DNA from: Octopus sinensis
Taxonomy: Eukaryota
Reading direction: 5' to 3'
Assembly: GCF_006345805.1 (NCBI RefSeq)
Contig: NC_043001.1
Coordinates: 68,820,001 to 68,884,000 of the forward strand
DNA: 64,000 bases
In this document: piece by piece, positions 12,491-24,510 of the stretch
Numbering within the stretch: the first letter of the stretch is position 1
Layout: each line of letters begins with the position of its first letter
Made by a program: the position numbers and the translations under genes
Notes under the pieces: model-generated
What the model saw: only the letters and a program-made list of their open reading frames with translations
The model's database searches: none
What the model was told of the DNA's origin: nothing

Positions 12491-12853
12491 TGGGTATTAT
12501 GCATAAACTCACTTGAAAATTTATTATCATTATTATTACCATCATCATCATCATCATCATAATTGCATTATTTCATTATTATAAATAATGAAACATGAAA
12601 ATCAGACTAAGTATATTCTTCTATACACAATCTTTCCAACTCTGATATGTATATATATATATATATATATAAGGGGAGAGAGAGAAGTTATGAGAGGTAA
12701 TGGGGTCATTGAGACCCAAAGGTGTCATAGTTAAGTTCCAAGTTCGGTGATTTTGGTCCTATGTCAGCATGTGTATATATAAAATAATCTTTTTCCGTAA
12801 TGAGATAAAAAAACCCACCAAGGCTGAGTAGATTTTAGAACATTTATAGATAG

Positions 12854-12901
12854 GTCTTACAGCTGTTTCCAGGATATTTATTATATCCCTTTATCTGAAA
12901 C
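12854..12901 (-). ncRNA. Degenerate type I HHR (family G)
   Basis: gttt-CAGATAA-agggatat/atatcctg-GAA-ACAGCTGT-A-agac. Stem III and site intact, core mutated. Confidence 0.5.
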
Positions 12902-13049
12902 GGTATGAGAGAAGAGTTAAGTAATAGTTAATTTAGATATGATACAAAGTAAAGAGTGAGGTGGAGGAAAGAAAATAGATGTGAGATATGTAGGGATATT
13001 GAATTTGTAGATCAATTTTTTTAGGCAAAATGGTATACATGTAAGATTC

Positions 13050-14003
13050 GGATCTTTTCCTTTTGATGGACGGAATTTTCTAGTAAACTAAACAATTTGA
13101 AACTTCGTATACTGGTAGAATGTGTCAAAAGAAAACATTATTGTAAGCAAAATTGAAACCAAAATTGTAATTTGTAAGTTTAACGTAGTTTAATTCTTCG
13201 AATTTTAACCAATGAAATGCCAGCATTTGAGCTCAAATCATTTGCTGCGTCTAAAAACTCAGACAATATCCTGTTGTAACGTAAACAACACACACACACA
13301 CACACACACGCACACACACACACACACGTGTTATTCATCTTTCGCTCTTCTGTCTGTCTTCTGTCTTCTGACTTCTGTCTTCTGCATGTGCTAGAAATAA
13401 CAGCTATATCTCTTAAATCGATGAATTTCGTCGCCCAATAAAAATATTAACGATATTTTTTGAATATTTTCTTTATTCTTTTTTACCGAAAAGTCTTCTC
13501 CCATAGTTTTGAAGGACCAGAACCAACAAAAACAAAACAATAATATGCCTAAATCGGTCTAGAGGGTGCGCGTGGAGTGCGGGTCGTATTGTAAAAATTT
13601 GCGAAATATTTTTTCATAAAAAGATGCCCCAGCTTGTCTGTGGCTGTGATATAAATTGGGAAAAAATCCTCGACACCAGTGCGTAATTGGTACTTAATTT
13701 ATCGACCCCGAAACGATGACACATTGCCCCCCCCTCCTTCTGCTTTATTTACCTTTTGTGTAAATTTGTTGCGGCAAGGGGCAAAACACAGAGGGGACAA
13801 AGCATGAGATACAAAAGTATTAAATCGATTCTATCGACACCAGTGCGAACTCACGAACGTGTATGTATGCTTGTGTGCGTATGTATGTGCATGTATATCT
13901 CCGTTTGTATGTGTGCGTACGCTTATATATTAATTACTATGTGCTTGTGCAAATGTATATGCATGTGTTTGAGAGAGAGAGAGAGTGACAGAGAGAGAGA
14001 GAG

Positions 14004-14042
<39 letters not shown>

Positions 14043-14298
14043 AAGTGCACTTTCTATGTATCTGAATATATGTGTGTGTGTGTGTGTATGCGGCGTGCGT
14101 CTGCTATGTTTGTTTATTAATATCGATAACGCAGCAATTGATTTGAGCTCAAATGCTGGCATTTCATTGGTTAAAATTCGAAGAATTAAACTACATTAAA
14201 CTTACAAATTACAATTTTGTTTTCAATTTTGTTTACAATAATGTTTTCTTTTGACACATTCTACCAGTATACGAAGTTTCAAATTGTTTAGTTGATCC
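13050..14298. mobile_element. Non-autonomous TIR element (MITE) with 8-bp target-site duplication
   Basis: TSD TAAGATTC at 13042-13049 and 14299-14306. Termini GGATC...GATCC. About 165-bp inverted repeats at 13086-13250 and 14129-14293. Confidence 0.8.
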
Positions 14299-16090
14299 TA
14301 AGATTCTAATACTTTATGAGTAAAATCCAACAGTATTTAAAATTGGTCATTATCGAGTCTATACACGGTGTTTTTGAATCAAAGGTCTTTCTTTAAAGTG
14401 ATCTAAAAATAGAGAGTGTATTAGTAAGGTCAAATCGAAAACAGGAACAGAGGAATAAAGAACGAGAAAAAGAAAAGGAAAAAAGTAAAGTGAGAGAGAA
14501 AAAGTAGAAGAATATAAGAAGAAAAGTAATAAACTAACAAAATAATAAAGAAATGAAAAACGGAAGGAGGGGAATAAGGGAAAGAAAAAGAAAAGAAAAA
14601 AGAAAAATATGGTTAAAGTACCAGTTAATGGTCAGTGGAGATAATTCGAAATTGAAAGTAGGAGTGGGGAGATAAAGGGTGATTGAGAGAAAGGTATTAA
14701 AGATAGAAGGAATGGGGGTGGGTGATAAAAGGTAAAAGAGTGACAAATGTGTAGTGGTAGAGTCAAAGTAGTGGGGCAGAGAGAGGGGGTTAGTAGTAAT
14801 GAGAAAAGAATTTAGGAATTTGCATGGTTTGGCAGGTCAGTGCTTAGTAATATAAGAAAATATATTTGTGAAGATGTATACACACGTATACATTAGACCT
14901 GTATAAATATATTTGTACAGATGTTTATACATATCAATATCTACACATGCAAGCCATGTTCGCATGTATATGCGCACATGCGCACCCATATATACGCGCA
15001 TCTGCATATATTATCGCGCATCTGCATACATATATGCATGTGGGTATATGTAAATGTACGTATGCATGCAAGGTATATATAACTGCGTATACAGGGGTGT
15101 GTATACATGCAGATGCACGTGCATGTGGGTGCAAATGTGCGCATATACATGCGTTAGTATGTGCATCCATCCATGTATGCTTGTATATGTATGAGTGTAT
15201 GCGTATATGTATATATGTGGGTATGTGTAAATGTACGTATGCATGCAAGGTATATATATCTGAATATGCAGGGGCGATAATACATGCAGATGCACGTATA
15301 TGTGGGTGCACATGTGCGCATATACATGCGAATATGGTTTGCATGTGTAGACATTGATATGTATAAACATCTGTACAAATATATTTGTACAGGTCTAATG
15401 TATACATGTGCATACATCACAAATATATTTTCTTATATTACTAAGCACTGACCTGCCAAACCATGCAAATTCCTAAATTCTTTTCTCATTACTACTAACC
15501 CCCTCTCTCTGCCCCACTACTTTGACTCTACCACTACACATTTGTCATTCTTTTACCGTTTATCACCCACCCCCATTCCTTCTATCTTTAATACCCTTTA
15601 TCTCCCCACTCCTACTTTCAATTTCGAATTATCTCCACTGACCATTAACTGGTGCTTTAACCATATTTTTCTTTTTCTTTTCTTTTTCTTTCCTTTATTC
15701 GCTTCCTCCTGTTTTTTTATTTCTTTATTATTTTATTACTTTTCTTCTTACTTTCTTCTTCTCTCTCTTTACTTTTTACTCTTCTTTTTCTCTTTCTTTA
15801 TTCCTCTGTTACTGTTTTCGATTTGGCCATACTAGTACGTTCCCTATTTTTTGGTCACTTTAAAGAAAAACCTTTGATTGAAAAACACTGATACTTGGAA
15901 TGACCAATTTTAAATACTGTTAGATTTTACACATAAAGTACTGGAATCATACATGTATACCGTGTTGCCTAAAAAATGAATCTACAAATTCAGTATCCCT
16001 ACATATCTCACATCTATTTTCTTTCCTCCACCTCACTCTATATTTTGTATCATATCTAACTTAACTATTACCTAGCTCTTCTTTCATACC

Positions 16091-16138
16091 GTTTCCGATG
16101 AAGGGATATAATAAATATCCTGGGAGCTGCTGTAAAAC
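16091..16138 (+). ncRNA. Degenerate type I HHR (family G, CCGATGA core)
   Basis: Inverted partner of 12854-12901. The GAAAC junction is mutated. Confidence 0.4.
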
Positions 16139-16443
16139 CTATCTATAAATGTTCTAAATCAACCCATCCTTGTTTTTTTTTTATCTCATTACAGAAAAGA
16201 ATATATATCTATATATGTGAATGTGTGTGTGAGTGCGTGTGTGCATATATAAATGTATTCGATTCATTCGTTTCGTTCCGTTCTTCTTCTTCTCCAAGTA
16301 CTGTTATATATATATATATATATACAAACATACACATATACACACACATATATATATATACATGTGTTTGTATTTGTGTATATATAAAAATTGAATAAAT
16401 TGAGTCAACAGAGAGGAGTACGTGTAGACAGCTATTTAATAAA

Positions 16444-16532
16444 CACTACACGTTTCGATACGACATATACACAGGAGTTAAATTAACAATTGTTTACTTG
16501 TATAGTGGGATTCAGTTGTATCTCCTCAGGTG
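16444..16532 (-). ncRNA. Canonical minimal type I hammerhead ribozyme
   Basis: cac-CTGAGGA-GATAC(56-nt loop)GTATC-GAA-ACGTGT-A-gtg. Full core, GUA site. Confidence 0.75.
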
Positions 16533-17158
16533 ATATATAATCGCTGATAGTAAATCAGGAGATAGTAAATCTTTCAGTTTGATGTTAATACATCCAACTG
16601 GCACTTTCGAATCTAGTAGACGCTGGCAGTTCCATTCTGCTCCATGTCAACGTGACTCCACACGCCCGACATGTGCGGAACTGTACACATTGGTTGTCCA
16701 CTTTGTTTCACATGTTAGGTTGCACACACAAAATTGCATCATTCGACAAATAGTCACACATAAGCACATACATGGAAAATCACTGACACACATATACACA
16801 CAACTTTATCTCTGGGTGTCCCATACATACATACACACATATATACATATATACCTACATATACACACACATGCACTCCCTCAAACGCACACACCGATCA
16901 ACAAACGCATTCACACCCATACTTAGACGCATATATATATATCTTTATATACATACATATACATATAAATATAAATATATATATATACATATTTATTTTT
17001 TAATAACCAAGGAAGTATATATGGATTTAAAGACTTTCATCAAAAGCAGTAATTTTAAAATTTTAATTTAACTTTCAAACAAACACCATTTTATAGTTTT
17101 ACATCAAATTTTAAAAAAAAACTACCATTCGATATATTATACAGAATTCAAATTTTAT

Positions 17159-17249
17159 ATCTCTGAAGAGCAGAAGCGTTGTCTATAAATGCTTATCAAT
17201 ATAGGATTTCATTATAGGGAAAATTCTTCTGTGAAACGATCGTAAGATG
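17159..17249 (+). ncRNA. Canonical minimal type I hammerhead ribozyme
   Basis: atct-CTGAAGA-GCAGAAG(49-nt loop)CTTCTGT-GAA-ACGATCGT-A-agat. Palindromic stem III, GUA site at 17242-17244. Confidence 0.8.
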
Positions 17250-17576
17250 CTTTAAATAATTAATTCAAAACTTCTAAACTGTCATATACATTATATATTT
17301 ATGGTTATACCTATTTACATATATTTTATACATATTTATATTTATTTATTTATATATTGTTAATACAATTATTTTTCACACGTGTATATCTTTCTGAGGA
17401 GTCTTGATATTGATTTCCTAATATTAATAATAATATATTATTAAAAAATATATATGTATATAATCGCTCGTATTAAATATATAAATACTTTTATAGTATT
17501 AATACTTTGATACAATTGAGCACACACTATAAATTCAGTATATAATATTTTCATTGGATATATTTAACTATAGATT

Positions 17577-17617
<41 letters not shown>

Positions 17618-17618
<1 letters not shown>

Positions 17619-17915
17619 AGAAACACACAAAAACCGTTAGATTCACTTCAACATTTAAATTTAATTTGTCAACATATTTTCGTCGCTTTGAGACCGCGAC
17701 CTGTTCACTGGCAAAACTCCGTGCTGCATCACGGAATTTTGTCAGTGAACAGGTCGCGGTCTCAAAGTGACGAAAATATTTTGACAAATAAATTTAAATG
17801 TTGAAGTGAATCTAACGGTTTTTGTGCGTTTCTTAAGTGGCTTATAAACACCTTCCATGCGGCAATTGTTTTCGTTCCAGCACACGATCTCAGATCAAGT
17901 CACTCGCTATGAAAT
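17618..17915 (+). mobile_element. Family F repeat with 106-bp-arm palindrome
   Basis: Arms 17618-17723 and 17730-17834, loop ctgcat. Flanked by (TA)n on both sides. Confidence 0.85.
17738..17788 (+). ncRNA. Hammerhead-like fold with a G3-C8 swapped core (family F)
   Basis: tttgtca-GTGAACA-G-gtcgc/gtgac-GAA-AATATT-T-tgacaaa. Confidence 0.55.
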
Positions 17916-19011
17916 ACATCTATATATATATATATATATATATAATTATTTAAAAATTGAGGGAGATAAATTAATATTAATTTTAATATCAATTTAAAAC
18001 CAGTAGTCCAGCATTCAAAAAATCTGCGGAGTCAGAGAAAATTCAAATATATGTGTATATTGGCAGGGCTGGCCTGCTAGGTAGCCGGCCAGAATGCTAG
18101 AAAAAGATCATCAACGATCTAACTACAAGGGAAATTCTCTAGAGGAAGAATTCAGCGAACACCAGAACCAACTTTGGCGGGCAGGACATATGAAAAATTA
18201 TATAAATAACATACTTAAATGCATACCTCGGTTTCGGTCTTAACAAAAGAATTACTTGCATAATTCAAGTGTCCGTGACTTCATCAGTACATTCGGTCCT
18301 CGAGATGCAAACTGCAAGACTAACCCCAGCTCTCTGTGTCAATTATGAGACTCAGTAGTGATATACATGAGACTGAGCAGTGATATACACGAGGCTTAAC
18401 AGAAATGGTCATGACAATACATAAATCTCAGCAGGAGATACGTAAGGGACAATGGCGATAAACATGAGTTCCAAAATGGATAAACTTCAGACGCAACAGA
18501 AATGTATATGTAATTCAACAGAGCTATACATGACACACAATAAGGATAAACACCAGGCGAAACAAAACATTCCATTTGGAACCAATGCTAAAACTGCTCT
18601 GTGTGAAGGAAACTACTGTAAACGGAGATAAGGCCGATTTACAAAGTGGACTGCAGAAATAGTGGTCTATTTCTGACGTTTGACTTCTTATAATGACTTA
18701 ATTTCGTATTCTATTTAACATGAAAGGCATTTGAATATTTGCATGTGGCTTTGTAGATGTGGTTTTGACAAGCTATTAATATATCGTATATTCATGAAAT
18801 ATGTACCAGGGGCATGAGAGATCAAACTTTTTCAGATTCAATGAAAGAAGTTGTCAGCAAGGTGTGGGGAACTGACATCATAAAGAAAATTTTAACAGCA
18901 ACAACAATATGCTTCTACTACTACTACTACTACTACTACTACCGCCGCTGCTGCTGCTGTTGCTAATACCAGCATCAGCACCAGCACCAGCAGTAGCAGC
19001 AGCTGCACCAG

Positions 19012-19083
<72 letters not shown>

Positions 19084-19419
19084 CACTACAAAAACAACAA
19101 TTATAAGTAATATTACAATTCTTAAATTAGGCACAAGGCAATCAATTTGAAATGGCGAATTAAGTATATTGCATCAACTATAGGTCTTTTGTAATAATAA
19201 CTTCAACTTTTGACATGTTGTGGGACTCTATTACATAGACTCCAGAACTTGACTAGCTACTATTTTATTGTTCCCGATTTGATGAAAAGCAAAGTTGACC
19301 TCGGCGGAATTTGAAATCAGAACGTACAATGGACGAAATACCGCTAAGCAGTTTCTGCGGCGTTTTAATGATTTAGCGAGCTCGCCTCCTGTACCTTAAT
19401 AATAATAAAAATAACGATA

Positions 19420-20099
<680 letters not shown>

Positions 20100-20120
20100 A
20101 ATAATAATAATAATGATAAT

Positions 20121-22950
20121 AAAGAAGTCAGAAAAACATTGCTCGCATTAAAAGGCACAAACAGATGGAACTTGCTAGAAATGACTAGGAAAGTAGATTC
20201 TTTCCTAGGAAAGTAGTTATCAGTAGGATAGATACTAAAAATATATGGGACACTAACTTATTGATCTATGCATGAAGGGTACTAATGATATCACACAGGG
20301 AAAGATTAAAAAAGAGCAAATTTTGAAAAAGTGACAACAAAATAAAGTGAAGACATTAAGAGAAAATCTGAGTAGAATAGGGGAGTGGAAAATGAACAAG
20401 TTAGGAAACACAAGATGCAAATCTTCCTTGAGAAAGATGCTGAGTCAGGAAAGGATTTGGGACAGTGACGGAAGAGTTAAAATAGTGTATCATAGCAGTA
20501 GCAGGCAAGCTCTCCAGACATCAGAAAAGAATATATCAGTATCATCGAAAGATATTATCTGAGACAGACCAGAGGAGAATTTATAACCAAATAAATAGTG
20601 GAGAACGAAGTAAGATGAGAAACCTAATGCAGAAGGCGCTAGAAAGTTCTGGTGTAATATTTGGGATAAGGCAGTCAATCATAATGGAGATGCAGTATGG
20701 TTAAAGAAAGTGATGGAAGAAGTAGTGAGTTATATGCAGCCAGATTTAAAACTCACTAGTGCATTAATGAGTAAAGTGTTAGGAAAAATGCCGAATTGAA
20801 AGGGCCAGATTTATTTCAAAGGTGCTAACTAAAGAAATTTAGTAGTTTACATGGGAGGCTGAGAGATCAGCTTCAGGAATTGCCGTAATGGAGGAATAAT
20901 ACCAGATTGGATGACTAGAGTGGGGGACAATATACACCATGAAAGATAAGAACAAGGGTGATACTTGCTTACCATTAATGTGGAAGCTGTTAACAGGAAT
21001 GTCTTCAAAAAGCATTTACGAGCACCTTGACAACTGGAATTTACTACCAGAAGAACAAAAATGTTGAAGGAAAAAGGTTAGATAATTACATGATCTTTTA
21101 TACAGAGACAAAGCAGTTCTAAATGAAGTAAAAGCATGAAAGAAAGATCTAGCAATAGCATAGAAGGCTTATAAAAACGACTATAACATGATTCCACACT
21201 CATGGATAAGTGAATGTTTGAGTATCTTCAGTATAGAAGACAACATAAGAGAATTAACTCTCTTTAGCATGAAGAAATGGGAAGTAGATCACTTCACTAC
21301 TCAGGTGACACACTTTTAGAGAAAGTTAATATCAAAAGAGGAATTTCCCAGGTTGAATCGTTATCCCCTTTAATACGTGTCTTATATTTCATCCCTCAGA
21401 GTTTAGTATTAAGGAAGGCAAAGGAAGGATGTCTGTTGAGAAATAGTGATTGAAAAATTAACCATTCTCTCTACATGGATGATCTGAAGCTTTTTAGTAA
21501 GAATGAAAAAGAGAAAGATCCCTTAATACAGACTGTAAGAAGCTTTAGCAAAGATACAGGCATGGAATCTGGCATAGATGAGTGTGCAATATTAGTCATG
21601 AGAAGGGAACAGGTAGTCAACAGCGAAGGCATCCAATTACCAGATGGCCAGACATTAAAATCATTGAAAGGAGGAGAGAGTTATAAGTATCTAGGAGTAT
21701 TATAATCTGACAGAGTATTAACTATAGAGATGAAAAGGAAGATTAGAAGGAGTACATCAGAAAGGTGTTGAAGCTAATGAAGTGAAAACTAAACGGTCCG
21801 AATTGAGTGAAGGCTGTATATAATTGGGCAGTATCATTACTTAGATACTCAACAGCTTTTGTAGATTGGAGAAAAAACTGATTTAGCAAAGCTAGACAGA
21901 AGAACTAGGAAGGAATTCAATAGGAATGAAGGACACCACACAATAGCAGGAGTAGCAAAATTATACTTACCTTGAAAGGAAGACGGAAGAGGGTTAATAT
22001 CAGTCGAAGACTATCTAAAGTAGTTGATATAGACTTCTATGTAGATAATAGTGAAGAAAGTTTATTAAAGGGTGCTAGAGTCAAGTGAAGGTAAGGGGAA
22101 ACCCCAAACCCAAACGAGGTTAAAAACCAGAAATACACCAGAAATAATCTGACTGGCAGGAGAAGGCGTTGCATGGTAGAATCCCAAAGATAGTTGCAGC
22201 AAATAGTAGTAGTGAGACATGACTGTGGTTGTAGAAAGGAAAGCTGAAAAGGGAGAAAGTTTGTTGGTAGCTTCATAAGATCAAGCATTAAGGACTAAAT
22301 AGTTAATAGCCTAGAAAGACAAAAACAAAATAGATTCCCAATGCAGGTTATGCAGATCAAAAGTGGAAAGTGTTACTCATATAATAAGTGAATGTAGCAC
22401 TCTGGCACAGAAAGAATGCAATAAAAACCAAGACAATCTAAGGAGAGTAATTCCCTGGGAGTCATGTAGAAAGCTAGGATTGAACATACTAATAAATAGT
22501 ATGAGCATGAACCTAGTAAAGTATTAGAAAGTAAGAAATGTAAGATGTAATAGAAGCTGATTTAGTAGTAGTAGATAAAGAGAATAGAAATTGTCTGATA
22601 ATTGATTTTATAGTCCCAAATGATGAAAAACTTAATATGAGAGGTATAGAAAAATAGCAAAGTACCAGGACTTAGCCATTGAATTATAGACTACAGAGAG
22701 TATGGAAAGTGTGGGTAACATGTATCCCAGTAGTTATAGATGCATTGGCAACTATCCCTAAAAATCTGAACAGATGGATTAAGGAAAGAAGCATAAAATC
22801 TAGTTTAGCACAGCTCCAGATAACAGTGTTATTAGGGACGGCTAGGATAATTAGGAGGGTTCTTGGAATTATTTGTTGTAGACCGATGTTAGGATTTTTT
22901 CTTTTCCAGCAGTCTAATCTATTGTGTGTATATGAAAATAATAATAATAG
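20121..22950 (+). mobile_element. Degenerate R4/Dong-type non-LTR retrotransposon (RT and RLE)
   Basis: RKFWCNIWDK, YMDDLKLF, YKYLGV and IPVVIDALATIPK...LLGTARIIRRVL motifs, with many stops and frameshifts. (TAA)n at both ends. Confidence 0.9.
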
Positions 22951-23149
22951 TTTCTAATTTGACAGATTTGAAGGGAGGACAGTGAATCAATTACCTTAGT
23001 ATCAATGCACTTATTTTATCTAATACCCCACCAAAGAAATTGAAACACAATGTTAGCTTAGGATTCGAACTCAGTATATAGGTGGTACTTCTTGAAGTTT
23101 GTGAGACTTGATAAGATATGGAAGTATCTGCCCAACACAGTCTCTTTCG

Positions 23150-23800
23150 TCACAACACCTAGGAAACAGTAATATACAAAACAGAAGTAAATCACCTAGA
23201 AGAAAAAATGCTTAAGATAAAGAATAATCAAACATTAAAAACATAACAAGTTATAAAAACGATTTTCGACGAAGACAAACGGAAAAAAAGAAAAGCCACT
23301 GCATAGAAGATTTGACAGAGGGAAAATAAGTGATAGTTGAAGCCAACAATTGCCCAAATTAGCTGAGCTAGTATGAAAAACACAATGACAGATTTTAGCT
23401 GCATATGACCACATAAACCAAAAAGGTATTAATACAATGTATAGAATACGCAACCAGCATAATGAAATACTTGACATATGGTTGGCCAACCCTTATATTA
23501 TTTCGCGTTTATACACAGACGATCTAATACAATTATAAACAAAACAATGTAACACTTAAAACCGTACAAATTACGACAAAAACATAATATTATCCTAGTA
23601 GGAAATGATAAAATATCTACTGTTAGGTTATAACAATATCTTGTGAAGAGTGAGGAAAAGCTGATATAAATAGCATCAAATCTCGAGGAATGGAAAAACT
23701 ATTATCAAGAAGCTATTAAATGGAAACAAAGCGAAGACTTAAAAGGCAGACAAATTATAAGGCAAACAGGAAACAAAATCCAGCACTGTCGAAACCACAC
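23150..23800 (+). mobile_element. Possible ancient LINE ORF2 fragment
   Basis: Only a weak EEWKNYYQE similarity to RWKEYF-type LINE motifs. Confidence 0.25.
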
Positions 23801-24189
23801 TAGTACTCACACACAAGAAAAAATAAAACTAAGAACAATTAAGTTAAAATAGCATTTTTGTAATGTCCATAACGTATATACAACGTTAAGAGATATGATG
23901 CTGTGGATTTTTGCACGAGAGAAAACCTCTTCATAAACAAGCTGTGTTAAGGCATACAGTACATATCAGAGCGAGACGAACAATCGTCCCGACAGTGATT
24001 CAAAGGAATGCCAGATGTATTTAGTCCTTCTTGTGATTTTTTAATGACATTTACTCACTAGTTACATGTCCAGATGAAATTTGTATACAACTCTCACATG
24101 TTAAGTATTGATGGCTACTTTAATTTAATACTGTTTCAGTTACGTTCACAGAATTCTGATTTGGCCTGACAGCTATTTGCAATGTCTAA

Positions 24190-24510
24190 CCGGTACTCGG
24201 TAGGTTACGGCGTCGAGAGATACAGCTGACTCGTTCAACAGAACAACCTGTTCGGGAAACTAACGCGCAAGTGGCTGAGAACTCCGCGGATACGCGTACT
24301 CTTAACGTAGTTTTCATGGAGATTCAGTATCACACTCAATCTCCAAGGCTGACCCTTTGAATTACAGGTATAACACATTGTTGCTAAATGAATGGATTGG
24401 AGCACCATGAAAATAAAGTCTTTTGCTCAGGGACACAATGCACCCAGGGAATCAAACTCACGACCTTATGATCGTGAACCAAATACTATAACCAGTAAGC
24501 CAGGTGCCTT
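24190..24510 (-). mobile_element. tRNA-headed SINE (family B)
   Basis: B-box-like gtgagtttgattcc on the minus strand, body homologous to 1060-1300. Confidence 0.6.

Larger units (their letters stand above)
12810..16185. repeat. Large head-to-head inverted duplication of a PLE 3' end
   Basis: Left arm (12810-13049 plus 14299-15010) is the reverse complement of the right arm (about 15290-16185). An HHR relic lies near each outer end. Confidence 0.85.
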
